Part shown: positions 25,709 to 33,501 of the stretch, one piece after another
Layout of the letters: the number at the start of each line of letters is the position of its first letter
How positions within the stretch are numbered: the first letter of the stretch is position 1
IMG/VR virus record: IMGVR_UViG_3300023076_000049
Coordinates: 1 to 33,501 of that record
Reading direction: 5' to 3' (one strand)
Length of the DNA: 33,501 nt
Source: a virus
Lineage: Duplodnaviria; Caudoviricetes
The notes under the pieces: generated by a model
The model's input: the letters and a program-made list of their open reading frames with translations, nothing else
Databases searched by the model: none
Told to the model about the DNA's origin: nothing
Program-made: the position numbers and the translations under genes

Positions 25709-27061
25709 ATGAAGTACAAGACAAGCGATGTATTTGGTGTCAGAAGCCAATTGATAGAGTCATATATAGAAAGAACGAGTGTCGATGAATTATTCAGCGC
25801 AGCCCTAGAAGAAAAAAACCAAGTAATAGTATACGGCTCCTCTAAACAAGGAAAAACCTCACTAACACTGAAGCACTTAAAGTTAGATGAGTACGTCAAG
25901 ATTGAGTGTTCACCACAGACGCAGACCATTGATATCTACCGATCAATTCTAAGACAATCTAATATAACTTACTTTGAAAGCAATACCCAAGGATTGAGCT
26001 TTGAAGCGTCTTCCAATGTAAACGCGGGAGTCAAAGTCAAGGTTCCATTCCTCGGCGAAGCATCATTAGGTGCCGGTATAGCGGATAAAAGCACAAAAAC
26101 AAGCTCTAACAAAGAACTCTACATAGAATACAACTTAGCGCTTGCTCAAGACGTCTCGGAACTGCTCAAGAAAAAAGAAATTGACAAATTTATAGTGCTT
26201 GAAAACTTCCACTACCTTTCTCTGGAGGTCCAAGAAAGCCTGGCCTATGATCTGCGTGTATTTCAAGACTTAGGCGTGATTTTCATCGTGCTAGGAATCT
26301 GGCGAGAAGCTAACCGCTTGGTACAGTTTAACGGCGATCTTCTGGATCGCGTCACAGAAGTACCTGTAGAGCCATGGCTTGATGAGGACTTCATCAAGGT
26401 AATCCTTAAAGGTTCAAAGCTTCTGAATGTTGACTTCTCTACCGTCCAAGACAGGCTCATTAAATCATCATTTGATAGCGTTGGTGTAGTTCAGGAGTTA
26501 TGCAAACAATGTTGCATATCAGCCGGTGTTACTGAGACTTCATCTGATACTGTAGTCATCACCGATGTGGACCTTGACAGCGCATTAGCTACAAAAGCTG
26601 GAGAGTACGGTGGGCGACATATTCGAAACTTCGAATCCTTTGTTGATATTACACGCAAAACCAGCAATCAAAGTGGTAAACCATCTCTAGCATTCCCTTA
26701 CTATTTTATAAACTTATTGTTGAAAGCTGACCTTGAGAATATTGAGCAGGGCTTATCTCGCTCGAGCCTACTTGAGGGAATCAGAAAAGCGCATCACAGA
26801 GCTGACGATGTACGCTCAGGCGACCTCGGTGCTTTCCTCCATAACATCACCCAACACCAAATCAATAAACGAATTCAGCCCCCTTTCGTAGATTACGATC
26901 GTGGAAGCAAGATTTTGAAAATCATCGATTCTTCACTTTACTTTTTTTTAAGACATTGCGACCGCGACGCCATCCTCGCAGATATCCCGCACCCAATAAT
27001 TGATTACTCCGAAGATTTGCTGTCGGGTCTAGAAGACCCAGAGCATGCACCGAAACCATAG
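25709..27061 (+). CDS. P-loop NTPase (AAA+/STAND-like) cargo gene; candidate anti-phage protein
   Basis: Walker A GSSKQGKTS and Walker B FIVLENF; visibly AT-richer than its neighbours; lies between cI and OL. Confidence 0.8.
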   Translation: MKYKTSDVFGVRSQLIESYIERTSVDELFSAALEEKNQVIVYGSSKQGKTSLTLKHLKLDEYVKIECSPQTQTIDIYRSILRQSNITYFESNTQGLSFEASSNVNAGVKVKVPFLGEASLGAGIADKSTKTSSNKELYIEYNLALAQDVSELLKKKEIDKFIVLENFHYLSLEVQESLAYDLRVFQDLGVIFIVLGIWREANRLVQFNGDLLDRVTEVPVEPWLDEDFIKVILKGSKLLNVDFSTVQDRLIKSSFDSVGVVQELCKQCCISAGVTETSSDTVVITDVDLDSALATKAGEYGGRHIRNFESFVDITRKTSNQSGKPSLAFPYYFINLLLKADLENIEQGLSRSSLLEGIRKAHHRADDVRSGDLGAFLHNITQHQINKRIQPPFVDYDRGSKILKIIDSSLYFFLRHCDRDAILADIPHPIIDYSEDLLSGLEDPEHAPKP

Positions 27062-27081
27062 GCCGAAACACGAAACAAACA

Positions 27082-27132
27082 ATCACCCCAAAGGTTAACT
27101 TCTTGACCGAGTTAACCTTTGGGGTTAATAAT
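27082..27132 (+). promoter_or_regulatory. OL operators overlapping a pL-like promoter
   Basis: ATCACCccaaaGGTTAA (27082-27098) and TTAACCtttggGGTTAA (27112-27128) flank -35 TTGACC (27103-27108); a -10-like TAATAAT lies at 27126-27132. Confidence 0.85.
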
Positions 27133-27167
27133 TGCCTCACTCTTCCACCACAGAGCGAGGCAACACC

Positions 27168-27344
27168 ATGCACACCACTGCCACCCTGCACGTCCATCCG
27201 GCCGCTGCTGACCCGTTCCGCATCTTCGAAGTTCGCCGCCTAGCGCGTGAATCAGGCTGCGCATACGTCGCCACCAAAACCAAACCAAAAAGCCGTTACG
27301 CGCCCGTACCGTTCGACCCTAACGACGGAGGCAGGGCAGCATGA
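27168..27344 (+). CDS. Small phage early protein, first gene of the pL operon
   Basis: GAGG SD; 58 aa MHTTATLHVHP...GGRAA; overlaps the next start. Confidence 0.75.
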   Translation: MHTTATLHVHPAAADPFRIFEVRRLARESGCAYVATKTKPKSRYAPVPFDPNDGGRAA

Positions 27345-27922
27345 GCAAGTTCAAGGTCGATAACCGCACCCTTATGCTGCTCAAGGCCCAGGCCAACATG
27401 AGCGAAACCTTCAACCACACATTGCGTTCAGCCCCAATGCGGGAAGCGCTGTCATTTCGTCTCAAGGTCGAACGCAACCAGGCGGATACTTTGTTCACCG
27501 TGGAACTGGGGAGCGAACGTCACACCCTGACCCTCGACAACAACCCGAAAGCACACCTCAAGCTGGCCGATTTTATCGAAGAGATAGTCAACGGACCTTA
27601 CGATCCGAGCACTGCAACCCATCTTCAGCATGCGAGCCGTGAATACGCGGCCTTCAATGCTGAGCATCGCCGGAAGGTATTCGATCTTGTCCGCACTGGC
27701 GGCGCGCTGATCCTGGACATGGGCTTTGAACTGCCCATCCATTTGGCGATTGATCGCTCTCAGAGACGCCAAGGCATCACTACCATCGTGAGCATTGGTG
27801 TGAAACGTCCACGCACTAAATGCTTCACCGCATCCGGCAGTGATGTCGAGATGTTTGAGATGGTTGCGGAGTCCATCAATCACTTGGCAGCGGTGGCAAC
27901 ACCTGCAGCTCATGCGGCTTGA
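27341..27922 (+). CDS. Hypothetical phage protein
   Basis: 193-aa ORF with ATGA translational coupling. Confidence 0.8.
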   Translation: MSKFKVDNRTLMLLKAQANMSETFNHTLRSAPMREALSFRLKVERNQADTLFTVELGSERHTLTLDNNPKAHLKLADFIEEIVNGPYDPSTATHLQHASREYAAFNAEHRRKVFDLVRTGGALILDMGFELPIHLAIDRSQRRQGITTIVSIGVKRPRTKCFTASGSDVEMFEMVAESINHLAAVATPAAHAA

Positions 27923-27932
27923 GGGGACAAAC

Positions 27933-28214
27933 ATGGAACGCGACCTAGAAAAAACCGCTAAGTACTTCGGCCTTACCCGCCCAAAACTGATGCAACTGAT
28001 GCGTGCAAAGGACCTGCTTAAAGGGAACCTGCCCGCCTACCCAGTCCGCGACCGAGCGTACCTGCGGATTAAAGACAGTAGTTGGTATCACGACACCCTG
28101 GGCATGCAGTACAGCCAGTCGACCAGGGTTCGCCAAGCCGGTATCCCCTGGCTTGCGGAGCAACTTGGCCTCGACCTTCCTGCCATTCCGGCAGACAACC
28201 GTGACGTGGCCTAG
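27933..28214 (+). CDS. Antirepressor KilAC-like domain protein
   Basis: GAGGGG SD; AKYFGLTRPKLMQLMR...STRVRQAGIPWL. Confidence 0.7.
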   Translation: MERDLEKTAKYFGLTRPKLMQLMRAKDLLKGNLPAYPVRDRAYLRIKDSSWYHDTLGMQYSQSTRVRQAGIPWLAEQLGLDLPAIPADNRDVA

Positions 28215-28365
28215 GGAATACGCCCGCCAGATCGTCGCGTTACGCACACGTGAGGAGCGCAATGCAGCGCTCCTTGAGGTGCCTGAGCATCTGCGCGAGC
28301 TCACCAAACGCCATTGCTTGAACAGCTGGAATCACTCAAACAGGAAAAAAACCAATGAATCATGA
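28201..28365 (+). CDS. Small hypothetical phage protein
   Basis: GTG start; WPREYARQIVALRTREERNAALLEVPEHLR; fills the gap and overlaps both neighbours. Confidence 0.6.
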   Translation: MTWPREYARQIVALRTREERNAALLEVPEHLRELTKRHCLNSWNHSNRKKTNES

Positions 28366-28756
28366 GCTACTAGATTACGTGCTGAAAACCTTTCTTCATT
28401 TACCTCGCTCTGATCGCACTCCTAAAAAAATCAAAAGCGTTCTGGAACTTATCACCGAGATTGCAGGGACCAAAATCGGGACCGATATTTTGAAGCAAGG
28501 CCATGCGTCAAGAGTGTCTACTGACCCAAGCTGCATCCTCATTCGGATTAACGAAGTGTCAAGTATTGTCGGACTCGCCCGCTCGACTATTTACAAACTA
28601 CTCAGTAATCCTCAAAGCAAGTTTCCACGTCCTGTAAAGCTGACAGATGCCACCGGCAAGGGTGCCCCAGTTGCCTGGGTGCTCTCAGAGGTAGAACAGT
28701 GGGCACGCTCACGCAGCCAGGATCTCGTCGAGCATATAGGTCAATTACAGGAGTAA
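28355..28756 (+). CDS. AlpA-family (MerR/Xis-like HTH) regulator
   Basis: LIRINEVSSIVGLARSTIYKL...FPRPVKL...VAWVLSEVEQW. Confidence 0.88.
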   Translation: MNHELLDYVLKTFLHLPRSDRTPKKIKSVLELITEIAGTKIGTDILKQGHASRVSTDPSCILIRINEVSSIVGLARSTIYKLLSNPQSKFPRPVKLTDATGKGAPVAWVLSEVEQWARSRSQDLVEHIGQLQE

Positions 28757-28759
28757 AAC

Positions 28760-29083
28760 ATGACCACTAGCCAGAACCAACTGCGCCTTATGCAAGCACC
28801 GGAAGTGGCAACAATCGAGTTGCTCTACCGGACGTTCGGTGACGTGCTGATCCCACTGGAAAAGCTGCGCGAGCACTACTTTCGCAACCTCAATGAACAG
28901 ACCTTCGCCATCGAGATTACGAACGGTCGTATTCAGCTACCGGTGACCACCCTGCATGCGAGCCGCAAGGCTCCCAAGTATGTGCACATTCGTCACGCAG
29001 CAGCCTTGATCGACATTCAGGCCTATCGGGCAGACGAGCAATACGCAAAGACTAAAGAACCGCCGAACGACGACCACCAATAA
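28760..29083 (+). CDS. Pyocin activator PrtN-family protein
   Basis: TIELLYRTFGDVLIPLEKL...YF...SRKAPKYVHIRHAAALID. Confidence 0.8.
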   Translation: MTTSQNQLRLMQAPEVATIELLYRTFGDVLIPLEKLREHYFRNLNEQTFAIEITNGRIQLPVTTLHASRKAPKYVHIRHAAALIDIQAYRADEQYAKTKEPPNDDHQ

Positions 29084-29132
29084 CCGAAATGGCTGTCACC
29101 ACCAGCCGAAAACACCACCAGGAGCACACCAC

Positions 29133-29552
29133 ATGACAACAGCACAGATTTACGCACTGATTGGAATCATCATCCCAGTCGGCCTTCTTTTTTGGTTTGG
29201 CTACATGATGGGAAGGAGCGAAGGCGTAACTCTCGGCCTTAAAAAACGCGAGGACGTCCCACGCGAACAAGACCTGGCCAACATCAAAAAACTTGAAGCC
29301 TCGCTTCAATTCCTGCGCGATGACCACCAACGCCTAGCCAAGCATTGCAAAAGCCTTAAGCAAAGTTTGTCCTTGGGCTTGAAAGAAAAAGAAGCACTGC
29401 TCGACATCGCGGAAAAGCTTCGGATTGCTGCGGAGACGTTCAGCGCGTTCCGCACCGGCAAAAAACTTCACCAGGATTGCCTGAGCCTGCGAAAGCAAGC
29501 TCTGGAGATGGCCGCACTTCTGCAGGCAACAGAGCAGGAGCAAGCAGCATGA
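29133..29552 (+). CDS. Membrane-anchored coiled-coil phage protein
   Basis: N-terminal TM helix; AGGAG SD. Confidence 0.75.
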   Translation: MTTAQIYALIGIIIPVGLLFWFGYMMGRSEGVTLGLKKREDVPREQDLANIKKLEASLQFLRDDHQRLAKHCKSLKQSLSLGLKEKEALLDIAEKLRIAAETFSAFRTGKKLHQDCLSLRKQALEMAALLQATEQEQAA

Positions 29553-29770
29553 GAAAGCCCATATCTGTGATCCGCCTCAGCCCAGAGGCGGCCGGTGATC
29601 TAAATCAAAAATACCTGAAGGCTGACTCCGCGTTGAAGACGCTTAGCCGTTATCAACGTGAATTCGACAAGCAACTAAAGGTACTGATCGGGCAAGAAGC
29701 GCTGCGCACACTGCAAAAAGCCACCGAAAACGCGCTGTTGCTGGCCGATCTGGTTAAGGAGGCTGCGTGA
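29549..29770 (+). CDS. Hypothetical phage protein
   Basis: ATGA overlap and AGGAG SD; 73 aa. Confidence 0.7.
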   Translation: MRKPISVIRLSPEAAGDLNQKYLKADSALKTLSRYQREFDKQLKVLIGQEALRTLQKATENALLLADLVKEAA

Positions 29771-30312
29771 TGAGCCAGATATTAACAATGACCGGCCAAT
29801 CGTTTGACTTGTACGCGCCGCAAGCCGATCAGATCGACCCACGGGATATCTCACACGCCCTGGCCCACTTGTGTCGATTCAACGGTCACTGCCGAGACTT
29901 TTACAGCGTGGCCCAACACAGCTGTATCGTCGCGGACTTAGTGCCAGAGGAGCATAAATTGGCCGCCCTGCTTCACGACGCCACCGAAGCTTACGTGGGT
30001 GACATGGTGCGCCCGCTCAAGGAGTTGATGCATGCCTACCAGGACGTCGAGAAATCGATATGGGAACGGATATGCACTCGTTTCGGCCTCGAAGCAGACC
30101 TACCAGATGAAGTGCACCACGCGGACCTCGTTGCACTCGCCACAGAACGACGCGACCTCATGCCACCCGATACGGCCATATGGCAATGGCTGATAGGCAT
30201 CGACCCATCGGACGACATCATCCGGCCTTGGTCACCACTTGAAGCGCGGCTCACCTATCACCAGCGGTTGATGGATCAGCTCGCCATCGAACACCGGAGG
30301 AAAGCGGCATGA
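29770..30312 (+). CDS. HD-domain phosphohydrolase (YfbR-like)
   Basis: CRFNGH, YSVAQHS, LLHDATEAYVGD and ADLVALATE motifs. Confidence 0.88.
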   Translation: MSQILTMTGQSFDLYAPQADQIDPRDISHALAHLCRFNGHCRDFYSVAQHSCIVADLVPEEHKLAALLHDATEAYVGDMVRPLKELMHAYQDVEKSIWERICTRFGLEADLPDEVHHADLVALATERRDLMPPDTAIWQWLIGIDPSDDIIRPWSPLEARLTYHQRLMDQLAIEHRRKAA

Positions 30313-30566
30313 CTCAAACACTGACACGCCACCAGAATCAAACCGCTTTGCTCCGCATCACCTGCAGCATCACCGCGCAAAAAATAAACAGTCTCTGCTG
30401 CGCAGCAGCAGGCATTACTGCTCTTTGCCGCAGCACCACCGAGGTGCTTTTACCCCTCGAAAAGCTGCGCGGGGCAGCCACAACCGACACAACGCTGATA
30501 GCTCAGGTTCGCTCGCTCGCGCAGCCTGCTCAGGGGTGTATCCACTTTGCGCTGGAGGGTCAGTAA
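30309..30566 (+). CDS. Hypothetical protein, possibly a remnant or overlying a structured leader
   Basis: 85-aa ORF with GGAGG SD and ATGA overlap; no recognisable domain. Confidence 0.45.
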   Translation: MTQTLTRHQNQTALLRITCSITAQKINSLCCAAAGITALCRSTTEVLLPLEKLRGAATTDTTLIAQVRSLAQPAQGCIHFALEGQ

Positions 30567-30803
30567 ATGTCCCTTCAAGCCGAGATCCTGTCTGAAGAAG
30601 AGATAGCCGCCATTACTGGATACATGACTGCCTCACGACAGATCAAATGGCTGAGTAACAACAGCTGGCATTACGTGCTGACTGCAGCTCGACGACCTGT
30701 GGTTGGAAGGGTGTATGCACGTCTGAAACTGTCCGGCGTTAAGCCGACATCGGCTGCTGCTGTTGCTGATACCTGGACACTCGACCTGGCCAAGGTTAGC
30801 TAG
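30567..30803 (+). CDS. DUF4224 excisionase-like protein
   Basis: LSEEEIAAITGY...QIKWL...RPVVGR; immediately upstream of the integrase. Confidence 0.85.
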   Translation: MSLQAEILSEEEIAAITGYMTASRQIKWLSNNSWHYVLTAARRPVVGRVYARLKLSGVKPTSAAAVADTWTLDLAKVS

Positions 30804-30806
30804 CCC

Positions 30807-31877
30807 ATGCGACCGAGAAAACCCGAAAACAGAGACCTACCACCGCTGATGATCAGGCGTACACGCAAAAGAAAAAACGGGAGCGTGTACGTCTTCTACT
30901 TCTACTGGGGAAAAAAAGAAGATGGGAAATCAGTTGAGATACCGCTCGGCACCGACTTCGACGTCGCCAAAATCGAGTGGGCAAGACTCGATCAAAAAGC
31001 TGTACCTCGAACAGTAAAAACTTTGGACCAGGTATTTGATCGATACGACAGGGATGTCATCCCGACCAAAAAAAGCAGCACTCAAAGGGAGAACCGACTT
31101 GCTCTTAAACAATTGCGAGCCGCATTTGGCTCTGCACCGGTAGACGCGATCACACCCCACGTGATCGCGCAATATCGAGACGCTCGGACTGCCAAGGTGC
31201 GGGCCAACAGAGAGATATCGCTCCTATCCCACATCTACAACGTCGCTAGGGAGTGGGGTCTGATTACGGTCGATAACCCTGTTACCGGTGTACGCAAAAA
31301 TAAAGAGAAGCCTCGGGACTTCTACGCGACCGATGAGATCTGGAGCGCTGTCTACGCACAAGCAACATCAGAGCTTCGTGATGCCATGGATCTGGCCTAT
31401 CTGACCGGACAGCGGCCATCAGATGTACTTTCTATGCGTGCATCCGACGTTATTGGAGATTATCTCCATGTTGCCCAAGGTAAGACGGCGAAGAAACTTC
31501 GCATCCAGTTACTCAACAGCGAGGCTGGCAGTAACGGCCTCGGCGTTCTGATATTGCGTCTGCTGGAACAGCGTAAAGCTCGGGCGGTACGCAATCCTTA
31601 TCTGATAGTGACGGAGAATGGCAGGAACGTGACCAAGGCGATGCTGCGGCTTAGGTTCGATGACGCGAGAAAACTGGCAGCGGCACAGGCGATCAAGGAT
31701 CTCGACCAAGTGCTCAGCATGGGAATAAAGGCGTTTCAGTTTCGAGACATCCGTCCGAAGGCTGCAAGTGAAATCGCCGACCTAGGCAACGCGAGCAAGC
31801 TCCTTGGACACACCGACAAGCGCATTACTCAAACAGTTTACAGACGAGTTGGCGAGATCGTTGCCCCCACAAAATAG
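30807..31877 (+). CDS. int: Tyrosine integrase
   Basis: LTGQRPSD, QGKT, FRDIRPKAAS, LLGH and VYRR motifs. Confidence 0.95.
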   Translation: MRPRKPENRDLPPLMIRRTRKRKNGSVYVFYFYWGKKEDGKSVEIPLGTDFDVAKIEWARLDQKAVPRTVKTLDQVFDRYDRDVIPTKKSSTQRENRLALKQLRAAFGSAPVDAITPHVIAQYRDARTAKVRANREISLLSHIYNVAREWGLITVDNPVTGVRKNKEKPRDFYATDEIWSAVYAQATSELRDAMDLAYLTGQRPSDVLSMRASDVIGDYLHVAQGKTAKKLRIQLLNSEAGSNGLGVLILRLLEQRKARAVRNPYLIVTENGRNVTKAMLRLRFDDARKLAAAQAIKDLDQVLSMGIKAFQFRDIRPKAASEIADLGNASKLLGHTDKRITQTVYRRVGEIVAPTK

Positions 31878-31994
31878 TCGACATTTCATGTTGACTCTGG
31901 GACTTAGACGTCCAAGACTCGCCAAGTCTATGCCTTGGCGACTTAGGTCGAGTTTGCCGCTGACTGTGAGTGGCGTAATGCAAAATATATAGGC

Positions 31995-32024
31995 AAAAAA
32001 AAGGCTGCTTTTAGCAGCCCTTTT
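31995..32024. terminator. Bidirectional intrinsic terminator
   Basis: A8-GGCTGCT-TTT-AGCAGCC-CTTTT between convergent genes. Confidence 0.8.
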
Positions 32025-32034
32025 CACCATAGAT

Positions 32035-32349
32035 TCAAGCCATCGCCCTATACTCAGACAATTGATGAAATCTATCGTTAATCACGAACTTAATTATCGA
32101 TTTCACTTCGTCAGAGCAGTTTCTGAAAGAAATTTTCGAAACCACGCTCCGCCCGCGGCGCAGCACCAGATCGCCTACCAGCTCATCGACAAACGATTGC
32201 GTGGCGTCTCTGTTCGAAAAATCAATGACAACGGTGCTTCCGCCATCCAACTGTTTTTCGATTTGCTTTCGAAATGGAGTCGCAGAAGCCCTCATACCCA
32301 GCGTGCGAACGGTCTCTGACCCTGCCGCCAAACTAATTAGGGTTTGCAT
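32035..32349 (-). CDS. STAS-like domain protein (DUF4325-like)
   Basis: VVIDFSNRDATQSFVDELVG; GAGGA SD before ATG 32349. Confidence 0.82.
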   Translation of the reverse strand: MQTLISLAAGSETVRTLGMRASATPFRKQIEKQLDGGSTVVIDFSNRDATQSFVDELVGDLVLRRGRSVVSKISFRNCSDEVKSIIKFVINDRFHQLSEYRAMA

Positions 32350-32439
32350 GACACTTTTCCTCAGTGATGTTGCGCATACACATGTATCGGTGTGACGTGC
32401 CAATGATTTAGCTGAGACAGCAATTAAATCGATTCGGCA

Positions 32440-33501
32440 TCAATCATCGAAATTTATTTCCTCGTCCAAGGTACCTTCAACCGCTGGCAGCAAGGATGGA
32501 ATATCAATTTTTGGCAGGAGGTCTCTGTTGCACTCAAATGCTATGGCAACACCCTTCCAAGGGCAATCGTCAATCTGCCCCTCGCCTTTGTCTCCGGTTC
32601 GCATCCACGCCTTCCCGCTGCCAATCACAAGAAACCCATCCGCAGCAGCAGCAATCTTAGCAGTCGTAGTGAGTCCAACGCCTTGATTTTGGCTATCGCT
32701 GTCATAGGAGATAAGTGCTCCTCGATTGCAGCTGACCCTCTCAATGAGAGCAATCTGGATCGCCCTAAGATCAGTCCTTTCGTTGAGCATAGCGTGATCC
32801 TTGAGAGTCGCTAAGAATCCACAGCCGTTATCAACGATAGCTAACCTGACAGAACCATGAGTTTTGAAATGCTGGCAAGCTACCCATACGGAAGCGTTTA
32901 AATTACCGTCTTTTTTTGCATGGGACAATGCATTCTCAAGAAGCTCCTTGAGAGCATACTCAAGAGGGCGACGGTAAGGCTCCATTTCTTCTGCGGTATC
33001 GGGGTTGTCTTTTATGCCTGTCATGGCATGAACCAACCTGGAGGCGACAACCTCAGACTGCTCCGCATTTGTTACTTCAGTCAGTTCGACGCAATTATCG
33101 GGTTCACCCTGGGGGTTCCGCCCGACTTCTGGATCAAACCCGTCCACATCCAAGCCAACGAAGAAATCCATCCGGATCAGATACGCAAGCATGTCATTAG
33201 ACATGAAGCGACAGTACATCTCATGATCATCAGGACGAGCGTCGAGAGTCGCCCTCAGTGTCGCCAGTCCGATTGGATCGATGAATTGAAATTCAGACGC
33301 ATCCAGTACAACGACACCATCACAATTTTTGATTTTATTGCAAAAATCGAAAATCGCAGCCGGGTCTGAGGCGCTCAGCGTCTTTGGAAACCAAATCGCA
33401 TCTTCCGTAGAAAGGTAACCCTGGTCGATCACAGCTTCTTCCCTGAAAAAAATCGGTGCGCGACTATATCTGTCTGGCATCGTGACATCAATGAAATTCA
33501 A
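32440..33501 (-). CDS. STAS-like plus HATPase_c (GHKL) kinase-like protein; start uncertain at the window edge
   Basis: VVLDASEFQFIDPIG; N box ELLENALSHA, G1 IVDNGCG and G2 QGVGL. Confidence 0.82.
   Translation of the reverse strand: MNFIDVTMPDRYSRAPIFFREEAVIDQGYLSTEDAIWFPKTLSASDPAAIFDFCNKIKNCDGVVVLDASEFQFIDPIGLATLRATLDARPDDHEMYCRFMSNDMLAYLIRMDFFVGLDVDGFDPEVGRNPQGEPDNCVELTEVTNAEQSEVVASRLVHAMTGIKDNPDTAEEMEPYRRPLEYALKELLENALSHAKKDGNLNASVWVACQHFKTHGSVRLAIVDNGCGFLATLKDHAMLNERTDLRAIQIALIERVSCNRGALISYDSDSQNQGVGLTTTAKIAAAADGFLVIGSGKAWMRTGDKGEGQIDDCPWKGVAIAFECNRDLLPKIDIPSLLPAVEGTLDEEINFDD

Larger units (their letters stand above)
1..31877. mobile_element. Prophage with lambda-like head and P2-like tail, apparently baseplate-defective; boundaries not resolved
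   Basis: Continuous lysis, tail, head, replication, immunity and integration modules. Confidence 0.93.

Noticed and set aside
29770-30312. HD hydrolase as DatZ of a Z-genome or base-modification pathway
   Set aside because: No purZ, mazZ or polymerase gene in the window; YfbR-like HD genes are common in temperate phages.
31735-31770. Integrase inactivated because HxxR reads RDIR
   Set aside because: This His position is variable in tyrosine recombinases; the other catalytic residues and the reading frame are intact.

Overview
The window is a Pseudomonas-type temperate prophage of about 32 kb. Its left boundary lies outside the window and no att core was identified. The minus strand (24930 to 152) carries cro, a cII-like gene, a TraR/DksA zinc finger, a primase-VapE replicase, a PA0613-like late regulator, an iteron origin, holin and a lambda-like cos. 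These are followed by a lambda-type head module, a P2-type contractile tail module, endolysin and Rz/Rz1. The plus strand (25028 to 31877) carries an S24-type repressor, a low-GC 450-aa P-loop NTPase in the lambda rexAB position, an early operon (antirepressor-like, AlpA-family, PrtN-family, HD hydrolase), excisionase and tyrosine integrase. The baseplate block appears deleted: gpV is truncated and joined out of frame to a tail-fibre remnant that ends in an Mtd/C-type-lectin-like domain. A kinase-like HATPase and STAS gene pair lies beyond the integrase. The main unexplained signals are (1) a structured ~300-nt cro-cII intergenic region with four CACCAC/GUGGUG-loop hairpins matching elements in other phage leaders, including an exact 18-nt match to the pL leader, and (2) the rex-position NTPase, a candidate anti-phage gene. 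All product calls come from motif recognition and synteny; no searches were run.
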